From positions 41,408,001-41,472,000 of the forward strand of contig CP086569.2 in the NCBI GenBank assembly GCA_009914755.4: DNA of 64,000 nucleotides, in the 5' to 3' direction. Both the position numbers and the translations under genes were made by a program. Origin of the DNA: the human T2T-CHM13v2.0 reference genome, Homo sapiens. Each line of letters begins with the position of its first letter. Position 1 is the first letter of the stretch. Below, piece after piece: positions 18,734 through 38,071 of this stretch. The notes under the pieces were generated by a model. It did no database searches and had not been told where the DNA came from. It saw only the letters and a list, made by a program, of their open reading frames with translations.

Positions 18734-20838
18734 AGATCCATATTTTTTAAATGAAAAAAACTTTCAAAGGTACTCTGCTTGGTACAATAATCAAATGTAT
18801 AAACTGAGGAATAAAACATAACCATGAAACCTACTTATAACTGCATATGGAAAATACAGAGGATAATTTTTTAAATAACATATTTTGAAAGCCTTAACTA
18901 GTAATTTGAAGAGTTGGCATTTGAAAGGCCAGTATGAATATACCTTCAAAGCAGCAACACAGGTTCCCCATGAGAAAAAGCAAACACAGGGAAAATAAAA
19001 ACACAAAGGTTCAATCTCTTCTGACCTTAGAAAGACACAGCATAGACAGTGGTCCTTAGGACGAAGAGCAGGAGACCCCTAATTCCGTCACCATGGCGAT
19101 AGGGCATAAACATTGCTGGGTGAGGGCACAATCCACATTGTGAGGTCCAACTGCTGCCAGGAAGACAGGAGTGCTTTTACATAGACCGAAAGGTCATTGA
19201 AGGCTCAGAGTTTTGTTTCAAGAACTGAATCCCAAGCCCACACGTTATTAGGCTGCGCTTCTTAAAACAAGTTATGAGATGGGAAAAAGGGCACCCACAA
19301 ACATAGGTATACATTATGTTTATAATAATATACAGTGTCATATATATAATATATATAACCTATGTATAATATTGTTTTACATCCTGCATCTTATGTTATA
19401 TATATTGTATAAAATATAATAATTGATAATATATAAGTTTGATATTTATACAATATGACATATAGTATATATTATAATTTATGACATATATAATATATGT
19501 TATATGTCATATATAGAATATATTATACGGTTAATATACGTATTAAATATAAATTATACCTTACATATATTATATATAATATATCTGTTATATATAATAC
19601 CCATTATGCATAATATATATATTATGTCTATGTTATATATAGTATAAAACAACATATAATAATATATAATTGTATATATAAAATGCGACATATAATATAT
19701 ATTATATTTTATAACATATGTAATATATATTATATATTATATATAATACGTTGTATGTATAATACCTATATTAAATATATATTATATGACTATGTTATTA
19801 ATTACATGTCACATGTGTTATACATTATATATTTTACATAGAATATACCGGTTACATACAATATATACTATGTTACCTATAATGTATAATTTATTACATG
19901 TAAAATAAAGAATGCAATATATTATGTATAATTTATAATATACAATATGTGGAATGTGATATATATAACATATAATATATGATATATGATATACAGTATA
20001 TGATATATAACATACAATATATGATTCCTAAAATAAATGGTATACAATATATATTTTATGATATGTATTCCATATGTTTTATATTCTGTTATATATAACT
20101 ATTTGAAATTATATATAACTGTATAATATTTTATGTAAATATGTAATATAATATATATAACTATATAATATATTATATATAACTATATATTATGTTATAT
20201 ATACTTTTATAACATAATTTACATAAAATATCATAATATAATATATATTATATTATTTCATATTACATAATATATATTACATATCACCCAATATAACTAA
20301 CATACATAATATTATAATATAGATTATATTGTGTTATATTAAATATCATATATATCATGTATCATATATTCTATACTATATATTACACATTATATAATAT
20401 GTATGTTGTCTATTATGTGATATATATAACTCTATATATAATTATATTTTTATACATATAACTAGATAAACATGTAATTCTACATATTTTCATTTATAAT
20501 ATGTAGAATTATATAATCATATATAATTATTTATATTCTATAAAAAATTTTATCATTCTATAAATTATAATATATAAAAATTATAATATGTACTACAAAT
20601 ATATATATTATATATCATATATGATATAGTACCTTTGTTATATATCATAATACATATAAATGTGTATTATGTTATCTATAATTATATAATTTCATATATA
20701 AGATGTATAATATGTATCATATATTATATATGTTATGTAATATATATAGTATATATAAGATGACACAGGATAAATATTATATACTATGACATATAAAATA
20801 TATGAGGTTATATGTTACATATAAGGCATAGCACATAA

Positions 20839-21153
<315 letters not shown>

Positions 21154-23279
21154 AGATCCATATTTTTTAAATGAAAAAAAATTTCAAAGGTACTCTGCTT
21201 GGTACAATAATCAAATGTATAAACTGAGGAATAAAACATAACCATGAAACCTACTTATAACTGCATATGGAAAATACAGAGGATAATTTTTTAAATAACA
21301 TATTTTGAAAGCCTTAACTAGTAATTTGAAGAGTTGGCATTTGAAAGGCCAGTATGAATATACCTTCAAAGCAGCAACACAGGTTCCCCATGAGAAAAAG
21401 CAAACACAGGGAAAATAAAAACACAAAGGTTCAATCTCTTCTGACCTTTGAAAGACACAGCACAGACAGTGGTCCTTAGGACGAAGAGCAGGAGACCCCT
21501 AATTCCGTCACCATGGCGATAGGGCATAAACATTGCTGGGTGAGGGCACAATCCACATTGTGAGGTCCAACTGCTGCCAGGAAGACAGGAGTGCTTTTAC
21601 ATAGACCGAAAGGTCATTGAAGGCTCAGAGTTTTGTTTCAAGAACTGAATCCCAAGCCCACACGTTATTAGGCTGCGCTTCCTAAATCAAGTTATGAGAT
21701 GGGAAAAAGGGCACCCACAAACATACGTATACATTATGTATATAATAATATACAGTATCATATTTATAATATATATAACCTATGTATAATATTGTTTTAC
21801 ATCCTGCATCTTATGTTATATATATTGTATAAAATATAATAATTGATAATATATGTTTTATATTTATACAATATAACATATAGTATATATTATAATTTAT
21901 GACATATATAATATATGTTATATATCATATATAGAATATATTATACGGTTAATATACGTATTAAATATAAATTATACATTATATATATTATATATAATAT
22001 ATCTGTTATATATAATACCCATTATGCATAATATATATATTATGTCTATGTTATATATAGTATAGAACAACACATAATAATGTATAATTGTATATATAAA
22101 ATGCGACATATAATATATACTATATTTTATGACATATATAATATATATTATATATTATATATAATACGTTGTATGTATAATACCTATATTAAATATATAT
22201 TATATGACTATGTTATTAATTACATGTCACATGTGTTATATATTATATATTTTACATAGAATATTCCGGTTACATACAATATATACTATGTTACCTACAA
22301 TATATAATTGATTACATGTAAAATAAAGAATGCAATATATTATGTATAATTTATAATATACAATATGTGGAATGTGATATATATAACATATAATATATGA
22401 TATATGATATACAGTATATGATATATAACATACAATATATGATACCTAATATATATGGTATACAATATATATTTTATGATATGTATTCTCTATGTTTTAT
22501 ATTCTGTTATATATAACTATTTGAAATTATATATAACTGTATAATATTTTATGTAAATATGTAATATAATATATATAACTATATAATATATTATATATAA
22601 CTATATATTATGTTATATATACTTTTATAACTTAATTTACATAAAATATCATAATATAATATATATTATATTGTTTCATATTACATAATATATATTACAT
22701 ATCACCCAATATAAGTAACATACATAATATTATAATATAGATTATATTATGTTATATTAAATATCATATATATCATGTATCATATATTCTATAATATATA
22801 TTACACATTATATAATATGTATGTTGTCTATTATGTGATATATATAACTATATATATAATTATATTATTATACATATAACTAGATAAACATGTAATTCTA
22901 CATATTTTCATTTATAATATATAGAATTATATAATCATATATAATTATTTATTTTCTATAAAAAATTATATCATTATATAAATTATAATATATAAAAATT
23001 ATAACATGTACTACAAATATATATATTATATATCATATATGATATAGCACCTTTGTTATATATCATAATACATATAAATGTGTATTATGTTATCTATAAT
23101 TATAAAATTTCATATATAAGATGTATAATATGTATTATATATTATATATGTTATGTAATATATATAGTATATATAAGATGACACAGGATAAATATTATAT
23201 ACTATGACATATAAAATATATGAGGTTATATGTTACATATAAGGCATAGCACATAACATGTAATATATATCATATATAA

Positions 23280-23571
<292 letters not shown>

Positions 23572-25692
23572 AGATCCATATTTTTTAAAAGAAAAAAAAT
23601 TTCAAAGGTACTCTGCTTGGTACAATAATCAAATGTATAAACTGAGGAATAAAACATAACCATGAAACCTACTTATAACTGTATACGGAAAATACAGAGG
23701 ATAATTTTTTAAATAACATATTTTGAAAGCCTTAACTAGTAATTTGAAGAGTTGGCATTTGAAAGGCCAGTATGAATATACTTTCAAAGCAGCAACACAG
23801 CTTCCCCATGAGAAAAAGCAAACTCAGGGAAAATAAAACCAAAAAGGTTCAATCTCTTCTGACCTTTGAAAGACACAGCACAGACAGTGGTCCTTAGGAC
23901 GAAGAGCAGGAGACCCCTAATTCCGTCACCATGGCGATAGGGCATAAACATTGCTGGGTGAGGGCTCAATCCACATTGTGAGGTCCAACTGCTGCCAGGA
24001 AGACAGGAGTGCTTTTACATAGACCGAAAGGTCATTGAAGGCTCAGAGTCTTGTTTCAAGAACTGAATCCCAAGCACACACGTTATTAGGCTGCGCTTCT
24101 TAAAACAAGTTATGAGATGGGAAAAAGGGCACCCACAAACATACGTATACATTATGTATATAATAATATACAGTATCATATATATAATATATATAACCTA
24201 TGTATAATATTGTTTTACATCCTGCATCTTATATTATATGTATTGTATAAAATATAATAATTGATAATATATGTTTTATATTTATACAATATGACATATA
24301 GTATATATTATAATTTATGACATATATAATATATGTTATATATCATATATAGAATATATTATACGGTTAATATACGTATTAAATATAAATTATATATTAT
24401 ATATATTATATATATCTGTTATATATAATACCCATTATGCATAATATATATATTATGTCTATGTTTTATATAGTATAAAACAACATATAATAATATATAA
24501 TTGTATGTATAAAATGCGACATATAATATATATTATATTTTATGACATATGTAATATATATTATATATTATATATAATACGTTGTATGTATAATACCTAT
24601 ATTAAATATATATTATATGACTATGTTATTAATTACATGTCACATATGTTATATATTATATATTTTACATAGAATATACCGGTTACATACAATATATACT
24701 ATGTTACCTATAATGTATAATTTATTACATGTAAAATAATGAATGCAATATATTATGTATAATTTATAATATACAATATGTGGAATGTGATATATATAAC
24801 ATATAATGTATGATATAAGATATACAGTATATGATATATAACATACAATATATGATACCTAATATACATGGTATACAATATATATTTTATGATATGTATT
24901 CTATATGTTTTATATTCTGTTATATATAACTATTTGCAATTATATATAACTGTATAATATTTTATGTAAATATGTAATATAATATATATAACTATATAAT
25001 ATATTATATATAACTATATATTATGTTATATATACTTTTATAACATAATTTACATAAAATATCATAATATAATATATATTATATTATTTCATATTACATA
25101 ATATATATTACATATCACCCAATATAAGTAACATACATAATATTATAATATAGATTATATTATGTTATATTAAATATCATACATATCATGTATCATATAT
25201 TCTATAATATATATTACACATTATATAATATGTATGTTGTCTATTATGTGATATATATAACTATGTATATAATTATATTATTCTACATATAACTAGATAA
25301 ACATGAAATTCTACATATTTTCATTTATAATATATAGAATTATATAATCATATATAATTATTTATATTCTATAAAAAATTATATCATTATATAAATTATA
25401 ATATATAAAAATTATAATATGTATTACAAACAGATATATTATATATCATATATGATATAGTACCTTTGTTATATATCATAATACATATAAATGTGTATTA
25501 TGTTATCTATAATTATATAATTTCATATATAAGATGTATAATATGTATTATATATTATGTATGTTATGTAATATATATAGTATATATAAGCTGACACAGG
25601 ATAAATATTATATACTATGACATATAAAATATATGAGGTTATATGTTACATATAAGGCATAGCACATAACATGTAGTATATATCATATATAA

Positions 25693-25984
<292 letters not shown>

Positions 25985-28089
25985 AGATCCATATTTTTTA
26001 AATGAAAAAAAATTTCAAAGGTACTCTGCTTGGTACAATAATCAAATGTATAAACTGAGGAATAAAACATAACCATGAATCCTACTTATAACTGCATATG
26101 GAAAATACAGAGGATAATTTTTTAAATAACATATTTTGAAAGCCTTAACTAGTAATTTGAAGAGTTGGCATTTGAAAGGCCAGTATGAACATACCTTCAA
26201 AGCAGCAACACAGGTTCCCCATGACAAAAAGCAAACTCAGGGAAAATAAAACCACAAAGGTTCAATCTCTTCTGACCTTTGAAAGACACAGCACAGACAG
26301 TGGTCCTTAGGATGAAGAGCAGGAGACCCCTAATTCCGTCACCATGGCGATAGGGCATAAACATTGCTGGGTGAGGGCACAATCCACATTGTGAGGTCCA
26401 ACTGCTGCCAGGAAGACAGGAGTGCTTTTACATAGACCGAAAGGTCATTGAAGGCTCAGAGTTTTGTTTCAAGAACTGAATAGCAAGCCCTCACGTTATT
26501 AGGCTGCGCTTCTTAAAACAAGTTATGAGATGGGAAAAAGGGCACCCACAAACATACGTATACATTATGTATATAATAATATACAGTATCACATATATAA
26601 TATATATAACCTATGTATAATATTGTTTTACATCCTGCATCTTATATTATATATATTGTATAAAATATAATAATTGATAATATATAAGTTTTATATTTAT
26701 ACAATATGACATATAGTATATATTATAATTTATGACATATATAATATATGTTATATATCATATATAGAATATATTATAGGGTTAATATACGTATTAAATA
26801 TAAATTATACATTATATATATTATATAAAATATATCTATTATATATAATACCCATTATGCATAATATATATATTATGTCTATGTTATATATAGTGTAAAA
26901 CAACACATAATAATATATAATTGTATATATAAAATGCGACATATAATATATATTATATTTTAAGACATATGTAATACATATTATATATTATATATAATAC
27001 GTTGTATGTATAATACCTATATTAAATATATATTATATGACTATGTTATTAATTACATGTCACCTATGTTTTATATTATATATTTTACATGGAATATACC
27101 GGTAACATACAATAAATACTTTGTTACCTATAATGTATAATTGATTACATGTGAAATAAAGAATGCAATATATTATGTATAATTTATAATATACACTATG
27201 TGGAATGTGATATATATAACATATAATATATGATATATGACATAAAGTATATGATATATAACATACAATATATGATACCTAATATATATGGTATACAATA
27301 TATATTTTATGATATGTATTCTATATGTTTTATATTCTGTTATATATAACTATTTGAAATTATATATAACTGTATAATATTTTATGTAAATATGTAATAT
27401 AATATATATAACTATATAATATAATATATATAACTCTATATTATGTTATATATACTTTTATAACATAATTTACATAAAATGTCATAATATAATATATATT
27501 ATATTATTTCATATTACATAATATATATTACATATCACCCAACATAAGTAACATACATAATATTATAATATAGATTATATTATGTTATAATAAATATCAT
27601 ATATATCATGTATCATATATTCTAATATATATATTACACATTATATAATATGTATGTTGTCTATTATGTGATATATATAACTCTATATATAATTATATTA
27701 TTATACATATAACTAGATAAACATGTAATTCTACATATTTTCATTTATAATATATAGAATTATATAATCATATATAATTATTTATATTCTATAAAAAATT
27801 ATATCATTATATAAATTATAATATATAAAAATTACAATATGTACTACAAATATATATATTATATATCATATATGATATAGTACCTTTGTTATATATCATA
27901 ATACATATAAATGTGTATTATGTTATCTATAATTATATAATTTCATATATAAGATGTATAATATGTATCATATATTATATATGTTATGTAATATATATAG
28001 TATATATAAGATGACACAGGATAAATATTATATACTATGACATATAAAATATATGAGGTTATATGTTACATATAAGGCATAGCACATAA

Positions 28090-28401
<312 letters not shown>

Positions 28402-30504
28402 AGATCCATATTTTTTAAATGAAAAAAAATTTCAAAGGTACTCTGCTTGGTACAATAATCAAATGTATAAACTGAGGAATAAAACATAACCATGAAACCT
28501 ACTTATAACTGCATATGGAAAATACAGAGGATAATTTTTTAAATAACATATTTTGAAAGCCTTAACTAGTAATTTGAAGAGTTGGCATTTGAAAGGCCAG
28601 TATGAATATACCTTCAAAGCAGCAACACAGGTTCCCCATGAGAAAAAGCAAACACAGGGAAAATAAAAACACAAAGGTTCAATCTCTTCTGACCTTTGAA
28701 AGACACAGCACAGACAGTGGTCCTTAGGACGAAGAGCAGGAGACCCCTAATTCCGTCACCATGGCGATAGGGCATAAACATTGCTGGGTGAGGGCACAAT
28801 CCACATTGTGAGGTCCAACTGCTGCCAGGAAGACAGGAGTGCTTTTACATAGACCGAAAGGTCATTGAAGGCTCAGAGTTTTGTTTCAAGAACTGAATCC
28901 CAAGCCCACACGTTATTAGGCTGCGCTTCCTAAATCAAGTTATGAGATGGGAAAAAGGGCACCCACAAACATACGTATACATTATGTATATAATAATATA
29001 CAGTATCATATTTATAATATATATAACCTATGTATAATATTGTTTTACATCCTGCATCTTATGTTATATATATTGTATAAAATATAATAATTGATAATAT
29101 ATGTTTTATATTTATACAATATAACATATAGTATATATTATAATTTATGACATATATAATATATGTTATATATCATATATAGAATATATTATACGGTTAA
29201 TATACGTATTAAATATAAATTATACATTATATATATTATATATAATATATCTGTTATATATAATACCCATTATGCATAATATATATATTATGTCTATGTT
29301 ATATATAGTATAGAACAACACATAATAATGTATAATTGTATATATAAAATGCGACATATAATATATATTATATTTTATGACATATATAATATATATTATA
29401 TATTATATATAATACGTTGTATGTATAATACCTATATTAAATATATATTATATGACTATGTTATTAATTACATGTCATATGTGTTATATATTATATATTT
29501 TACATAGAATATTCCAGTTACATACAATATATACTATGTTACCTACAATATATAATTGATTACATGTAAAATAAAGAATGCAATATATTATGTATAATTT
29601 ATAATATACAATATGTGGAATGTGATATATATAACATATAATATATGATATATGATATACAGTATATGATATATAACATACAATATATGATACCTAATAT
29701 ATATGGTATACAATATATATTTTATGATATGTATTCTCTATGTTTTATATTCTGTTATATATAACTATTTGAAATTATATATAACTGTATAATATTTTAT
29801 GTAAATATGTAATATAATATATATAACTATATAATATATTATATATAACTATATATTATGTTATATATACTTTTATAACTTAATTTACATAAAATATCAT
29901 AATATAATATATATTATATTGTTTCATATTACATAATATATATTACATATCACCCAATATAAGTAACATACATAATATTATAATATAGATTATATTATGT
30001 TATATTAAATATCATATATATCATATATCATATATTCTATAATATATATTACACATTATATAGTATGCATGTTGTCTATTATGTGATATATATAACTATA
30101 TATATAATTATATTATTATACATATAACTAGATAAACATGTAATTCTACAGATTTTCATTTATAATATATAGAATTATATAATCATATATAATTATTTAT
30201 ATTCTATAAAAAATTATATCATTATATAAATTATTATATATAAAAATTATAATATGTACTACAAATATATATATTATATATCATATATGATATAGTACCT
30301 TTGTTATATATCATAATACATATAAATGTGTATTATGTTATCTATAATTATATAATTTCATATATAAGATGTATAATATGTATCATATATTATATATGTT
30401 ATGTAATATATATAGTATATATAAGCTGACACAGGATAAATATTATATACTATGACATATAAAATATATGAGGTTATATGTTACATATAAGGCATAGCAC
30501 ATAA

Positions 30505-30819
<315 letters not shown>

Positions 30820-32945
30820 AGATCCATATTTTTTAAATGAAAAAAAATTTCAAAGGTACTCTGCTTGGTACAATAATCAAATGTATAAACTGAGGAATAA
30901 AACATAACCATGAAACCTACTTATAACTGCATATGGAAAATACAGAGGATAATTTTTTAAATAACATATTTTGAAAGCCTTAACTAGTAATTTGAAGGGT
31001 TGGCATTTGAAAGGCCAGTATGAATATACCTTCAATGCAGCAACACAGGTTCCCCATGAGAAAAAGCAAACTCAGGGAAAATAAAACCACAAAGGTTCAA
31101 TCTCTTCTGACCTTTGAAAGACACAGCACAGACAGTGGTCCTTAGGACGAAGAGCAGGAGACCCCTAATTCCGTCACCATGGCGATAGGGCATAAACATT
31201 GCTGGGTGAGGGCACAATCCACATTGTGAGGTCCAACTGCTGCCAGGAAGACAGGACTGCTTTTACATAGACCGAAACGTCATTGAAGGCTCAGAGTTTT
31301 GTTTCAAGAACTTAATCCCAAGCCCACACGTTATTAGGCTGCGCTTCTTAAAACAAGTTATGAGATGGGAAAAAGGGCACCCACAAACATACGTATACAT
31401 TATGTATATAATAATATACAGTATCATATATATAATATACATAACCTATGTATAATATTGTTTTACATCCTGCATCTTATATTATATATATTGTATAAAA
31501 TATAATAATTGAAAATATATAAGTTTTATATTTATACAATATGACATATAGTATATATTATAATTTATGACATATATAATATATGTTATATATCATATAT
31601 AGAATATATTATACGGTTAATATACGTATTAAATATAAATTATACATTATATATATTATATATAATATATCTGTTATATATAATACCCATTATGCATAAT
31701 ATATATATTATGTCTACGTTATATATAGTATAAAACAACATATAATAATATATAATTGTATATATAAAATGCGACATATAATATATATTATATTTTATGA
31801 CATATGTAATATATATTATACAGTATATATAATACGTTGTATGTATAATACCTATATTAAGTATATATTATATGACTATGTTATTAATTACATGTCACAT
31901 GTGTTACATATTATATATTTTACATAGAATATACCGGTTACATACAATATATACTATGTTACCTACAATGTATAATTTATTACATGTAAAATAAAGAATG
32001 CAATATATTATGTATAATTTATAATATACAATATGTGGTATGTGATATATATAATATATAATATATGATATATGATATACAGTATATGATATATAACATA
32101 CAATATATGATACCTAATATATATGGTATACAATATATATTTCATGATATGAATTCTATATGTTTTATATTCTGTTATATATAACTATTTGAAATTATAT
32201 ATAATTGTATAATATTTTAAGTAAATATGTAATATAATATATAACTATATAATATATCATATATAACTATATATTATGTTATATATACTTTTATAACATA
32301 ATTTACATAAAATATCATAATATAATACATATTATATTATTTCATATTACATAATATATATTACATATCACCCAATATAAGTAACATACATAATAGTATA
32401 ATATAGATTATATTATGTTATATTAAATATCATATATATCATGTATCATATATTCTATAATATATATTACACATTATATAATATGTATGTTGTCTATTAT
32501 GTGATATATATAACTATATATATAATTATATTATTATACATATAACTAGATAAACATGTAATTCTACATATTTTCATTTATGATATATAGAATTATATAA
32601 TCATATATAATTATTTATATTCTATAAAAAATTATATCATTATATAAATTATAATAAATAAAAATTATAATATGTACTACAAATATATATATTATATATC
32701 ATATATGATATAGTACCTTTGTTATATATCATAATACATATAAATGTGTATTGTGTTATCTATAATTATATAATTTCATATATAAGATGTATAATATGTA
32801 TCATATATTATATACGTTATGTAATATATATAGTATATATAAGATGACACAGGATAAATATTATATACTATGACATATAAAACATATGAGGTTATATGTT
32901 ACATATAAGGCATAGCACATAACATGTAATGTATATCATATATAA

Positions 32946-33237
32946 TATTTTTTGAGACAGAGTCTTGTCGTGTTGCACAGGGTGGGGTACAATGGCGCCA
33001 TCTTTGCTCACTGCAACATCTGCCTCACGGGTCCAAGCGATTGTCCTCCCTCAGCCTCCCAGGTAGCTGGGACTACACCACACTGGGACTACACCAGCTG
33101 CCACCATGCCTAGCTAATTTTTTGGATTTTTAGTAGTGACAGCGTTTCACTGTATTGGCCAGGATGGTCTTGATCTCTTCACCTTGTGATCCCCTTGCCT
33201 TGGCCTCCAAATTTGCTGGGATTACAGGCCTGAGCCA
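32946..33237 (-). mobile_element. Alu SINE copy (antisense), satellite unit 14.
   Basis: Same element. Its tail variant is 'tataatattttttgagacagagtcttgtcgtgttgc': a short T-run, with 'gagacag' matching the Alu consensus G. Confidence 0.83.
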
Positions 33238-35361
33238 AGATCCATATTTTGTAAATGAAAAAAAATTTCAAAGTTACTCTGCTTGGTACAATAATCAAAT
33301 GTATAAACTGAGGAATAAAACATAACCATGAAACATACTTATAACTGCATATGGAAAATACAGAGGATAATTTTTTAAATAACATATTTTGAAAGCCTTA
33401 ACTAGTAATTTGAAGAGTTGGCATTTGAAAGGCCAGTAGGAATATACCTTCAAAGCAGCAACACAGGTTCCCCATGAGAAAAAGCAAACTCAGGGAAAAT
33501 AAAACCACAAAGGTTCAATCTCTTCTGACCTTTGAAAGACACAGCACAGACAGTGGTCCTTAGGACGAAGAGCAGGAGACCCCTAATTCCGTCACCATGG
33601 CGATAGGGCATAAACATTGCTGGGTGAGGGCACAATCCAGATTGTGAGGTCCAACTGCTGCCAGGAAGACAGTAGTGCTTTTACATAGACCGAAAGGTCA
33701 TTGAAGGCTCAGAGTTTTGTTTCAAGAACTGAATCCCAAGCCCACACGTTATTAGGCTGCGCTTCTTAAAACAAGTTATGAGATGGGAAAAAGGGCACCC
33801 ACAAACATACGTATACATTATGTATATAATAATATACAGTATCATATATATAATATATATAACCTATGTATAATATTGTTTTACATCCTGCATCTTATAT
33901 TATATATATTGTATAAAATATAATAATTGATAATATATAAGTTTTATATTTCTACAATATGACATATAGTATATATTATAATTTATGACATATATAATAT
34001 ATGTTATATATCATATATAGAATATATTATACGGTTAATATACGTATTAAATATAAATTATACATTATATATATTATATATAATATATCTGTTATATATA
34101 ATACCCATTATGCATAATATATATATTATGTCTATGTTATATATAGTAGAAAACAACATATAATAATATATAATTGTATATATAAAATGCGACATATAAT
34201 ATATATTATATTTTATGACATATGTAATATATATTATATAGTATATATAATACGTTGTATGTATAATACCTATATTAAATATATATTATATGACTATGTT
34301 ATTAATTACATGTCACATGTGTTATATATTATATATTTTACATAGAATATACCGGTTACATACAATATATACTATGTTACCTACAATGTATAATTTATTA
34401 CATGTAAAATAAAGAATGCAATATATTATGTATAATTTATAATATACAATATGTGGAATGTGATATATATAACATATAATATATGATATATGATATACAG
34501 TATATGATATATAACATACAATATATGATACCTAATATATATGGTATACAATATATATTTCATGATATGTATTCTATATGTTTTATATTCTGATATATAT
34601 AACTATTTGAAATTATATATAACTGTATAATATTTTATGTAAATATGTAATATAATATATAACTATATAATATATTATATATAACTATATATTATGTTAT
34701 ATATACTTTTATAACATAATTTACATAAAATATCATAATATAATATATATTATATTATTTCATATTACATAATATATATTACATATCACCCAATATAAGT
34801 AACATACATAATAGTATAATATAGATTATATTATGTTATATTAAATACCATATATATCATGTATCATATATTCTATAATATATATTACACATTATATAAT
34901 ATGTATGTTGTCTATTATGTGATATATAACTATATATATAATTATATTATTATACATATAACTAGATAAACATGTAATTCTACATATTTTCATTTATGAT
35001 ATATAGAATTATATAATCATATATAATTATTTATATTCTATAAAAAATTATATCATTATATAAATTATAATAAATAAAACTTATAATATGTACTACAAAT
35101 ATATATATTATATAACATATATGATATAGTACCTTTGTTATATATCATAATACATATAAATGTGTATTATGTTATCTATAATTATATAATTTCATATATA
35201 AGATGTATAATATGTATCATATATTATATATGTTATGTAATATATATAGTATATATAAGATGACACAGGATAAATATTATATACTATGACATATAAAACA
35301 TAAGAGGTTATATGTTACATATAAGGCATAGCACATAACATGTAATATATATCAGATATAA

Positions 35362-35653
35362 TTTTTTTTTAGACAGAGTCTTGTCGTGTTGCACAGGGTG
35401 GGGTACAATGGCGCCATCTTTGCTCACTGCAACATCTGCCTCACGGGTCCAAGCGATTGTCCTCCCTCAGCCTCCCAGGTAGCTGGGACTACACCACACT
35501 GGGACTACACCAGCTGCCACCATGCCTAGCTAATTTTTTGGATTTTTAGTAGTGACAGCGTTTCACTGTATTGGCCAGGATGGTCTTGATCTCTTCACCT
35601 TGTGATCCCCTTGCCTTGGCCTCCAAATTTGCTGGGATTACAGGCCTGAGCCA
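35362..35653 (-). mobile_element. Alu SINE copy (antisense), satellite unit 15.
   Basis: Same element at the unit period. Confidence 0.85.
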
Positions 35654-37779
35654 AGATCCATATTTTGTAAATGAAAAAAAATTTCAAAGGTACTCTGCTT
35701 GGTACAATAATCAAATGTATAAACTGAGGAATAAAACATAACCATGAAACATACTTATAACTGCATATGGAAAATACAGAGGATAATTTTTTAAATAACA
35801 TATTTTGAAAGCCTTAACTAGTAATTTGAAGAGTTGGCATTTGAAAGGCCAGTATGAATATACCTTCAAAGCAGCAACACAGGTTCCCCATGAGAAAAAG
35901 CAAACTCAGGGAAAATAAAACCACAAAGGTTCAATCTCTTCTGACCTTTGAAAGACACAGCACAGACAGTGGTCCTTAGGACGAAGAGCAGGAGACCCCT
36001 AATTCCGTCACCATGGCGATAGGGCATAAACATTGCTGGGTGAGGGCACAATCCACATTGTGAGGTCCAACTGCTGCCAGGAAGACAGGAGTGCTTTTAC
36101 ATAGACCGAAAGGTCATTGAAGGCTCAGAGTTTTGTTTCAAGAACTGAATCCCAAGCCCACACGTTATTAGGCTGCGCTTCTTAAAACAAGTTATGAGAT
36201 GGGAAAAAGGGCACCCACAAACATACGTATACATTATGTATATAATAATATACAGTATCATATATATAATATATATAACCTATGTATAATATTGTTTTAC
36301 ATCCTGCATCTTATATTATATATATTGTATAAAATATAATAATTGATAATATATAAGTTTTATATTTATACAATATGACATATAGTATATATTATAATTT
36401 ATGACATATATAATATATGTTATATATCATATATAGAATATATTATACGGTTAATATACGTATTAAATATAAATTATACATTATATATATTATATATAAT
36501 ATATCTGTTATATATAATACCCACTATGCATAATATATATATTATGTCTTTGTTATATATAGTATAAAACAACATATAATAATATATAATTGTATATATA
36601 AAATGCGACATATAATATATATTATATTTTATGACATATGTAATATATATTATATAGTATATATAATACGTTGTATGTATAATACCTATATTAAATATAT
36701 ATTATATGACTATGTTATTAATTACATGTCACATGTGTTATATATTATATATTTTACATAGAATATACCGGTTACATACAATATATACTATGTTACCTAC
36801 AATGTATAATTTATTACATGTAAAATAAAGAATGCAATATATTATGTATAATTTATAATATACAATATGTGGAATGTGATATATATAACATATAATATAT
36901 GATATATGATATACAGTATATGATATATAACATACAATATATGATACATAATATATATGGTATACAATATATATTTCATGATATGTATTCTATATGTTTT
37001 ATATTCTGTTATATATAACTATTTGAAATTATATATAACTGTATAATATTTTATGTAAATATGTAATATAATATATAACTATATAATATATTATATATAA
37101 CTATATATTATGTTATATATACTTTTATAACATAATTTACATAAAATATCATAATATAATATATATTATATTATTTCATATTACATAATATATATTACAT
37201 ATCACCCAATATAATTAACATACATAATAGTATAATATAGATTATATTATGTTATATTAAATATCATATATATCATGTATCATATATTCTATAATATATA
37301 TTACACATCATATAATATGTATGTTGTCTATTATGTGATATATATAACTATATATATAATTATATTATTATACATATAACTAGATAAACATGTAATTCTA
37401 CATATTTTCATTTATAATATATAGAATTATATAATCATATATAATTATTTATATTCTATAAAAAATTATATCATTATATAAATTATAATATATAAAAATT
37501 ATAATATGTACTACAAATATATATATTATATATCATATATGATATAGTACCTTTGTTATATATCATAATACATATAAAGGTGTATTATATTATCTATAAT
37601 TATATAATTTCATATATAAGATGTATAAAATGTATCATATATTATACATGTTATGTAATATATATAGTATATATAAGATGACACAGGATAAATATTATAT
37701 ACTATGACATATAAAACTTATGAGGTTATATGTTACATATAAGGCATAGCACATAACATGTAATATATATCATATATAA

Positions 37780-38071
37780 TTTTTTTTTAGACAGAGTCTT
37801 GTCCTGTTGCACAGGGTGGGGTACAATGGCGCCAACTTTGCTCACTGCAACATCTGCCTCACGGGTCCAAGCGATTATCCTCCCTCAGCCTCCCAGGTAG
37901 CTGGGACTACACCACACTCGGACTACAGCAGCTGCCACCATGCCTAGCTAATTTTTTGGATTTTTAGTAGTGACAGCGTTTCACTGTATTGGCCAGGATG
38001 GTCTTGATCTCTTCACCTTGTGATCCCCTTGCCTTGGCCTCCAAATTTGCTGGGATTACAGGCCTGAGCCA
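37780..38071 (-). mobile_element. Alu SINE copy (antisense), satellite unit 16.
   Basis: Same element. Its variants are 'gccaactttgctc', 'gattatcctccc' and 'cacactcggactacagcagctgcc'. Confidence 0.85.
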
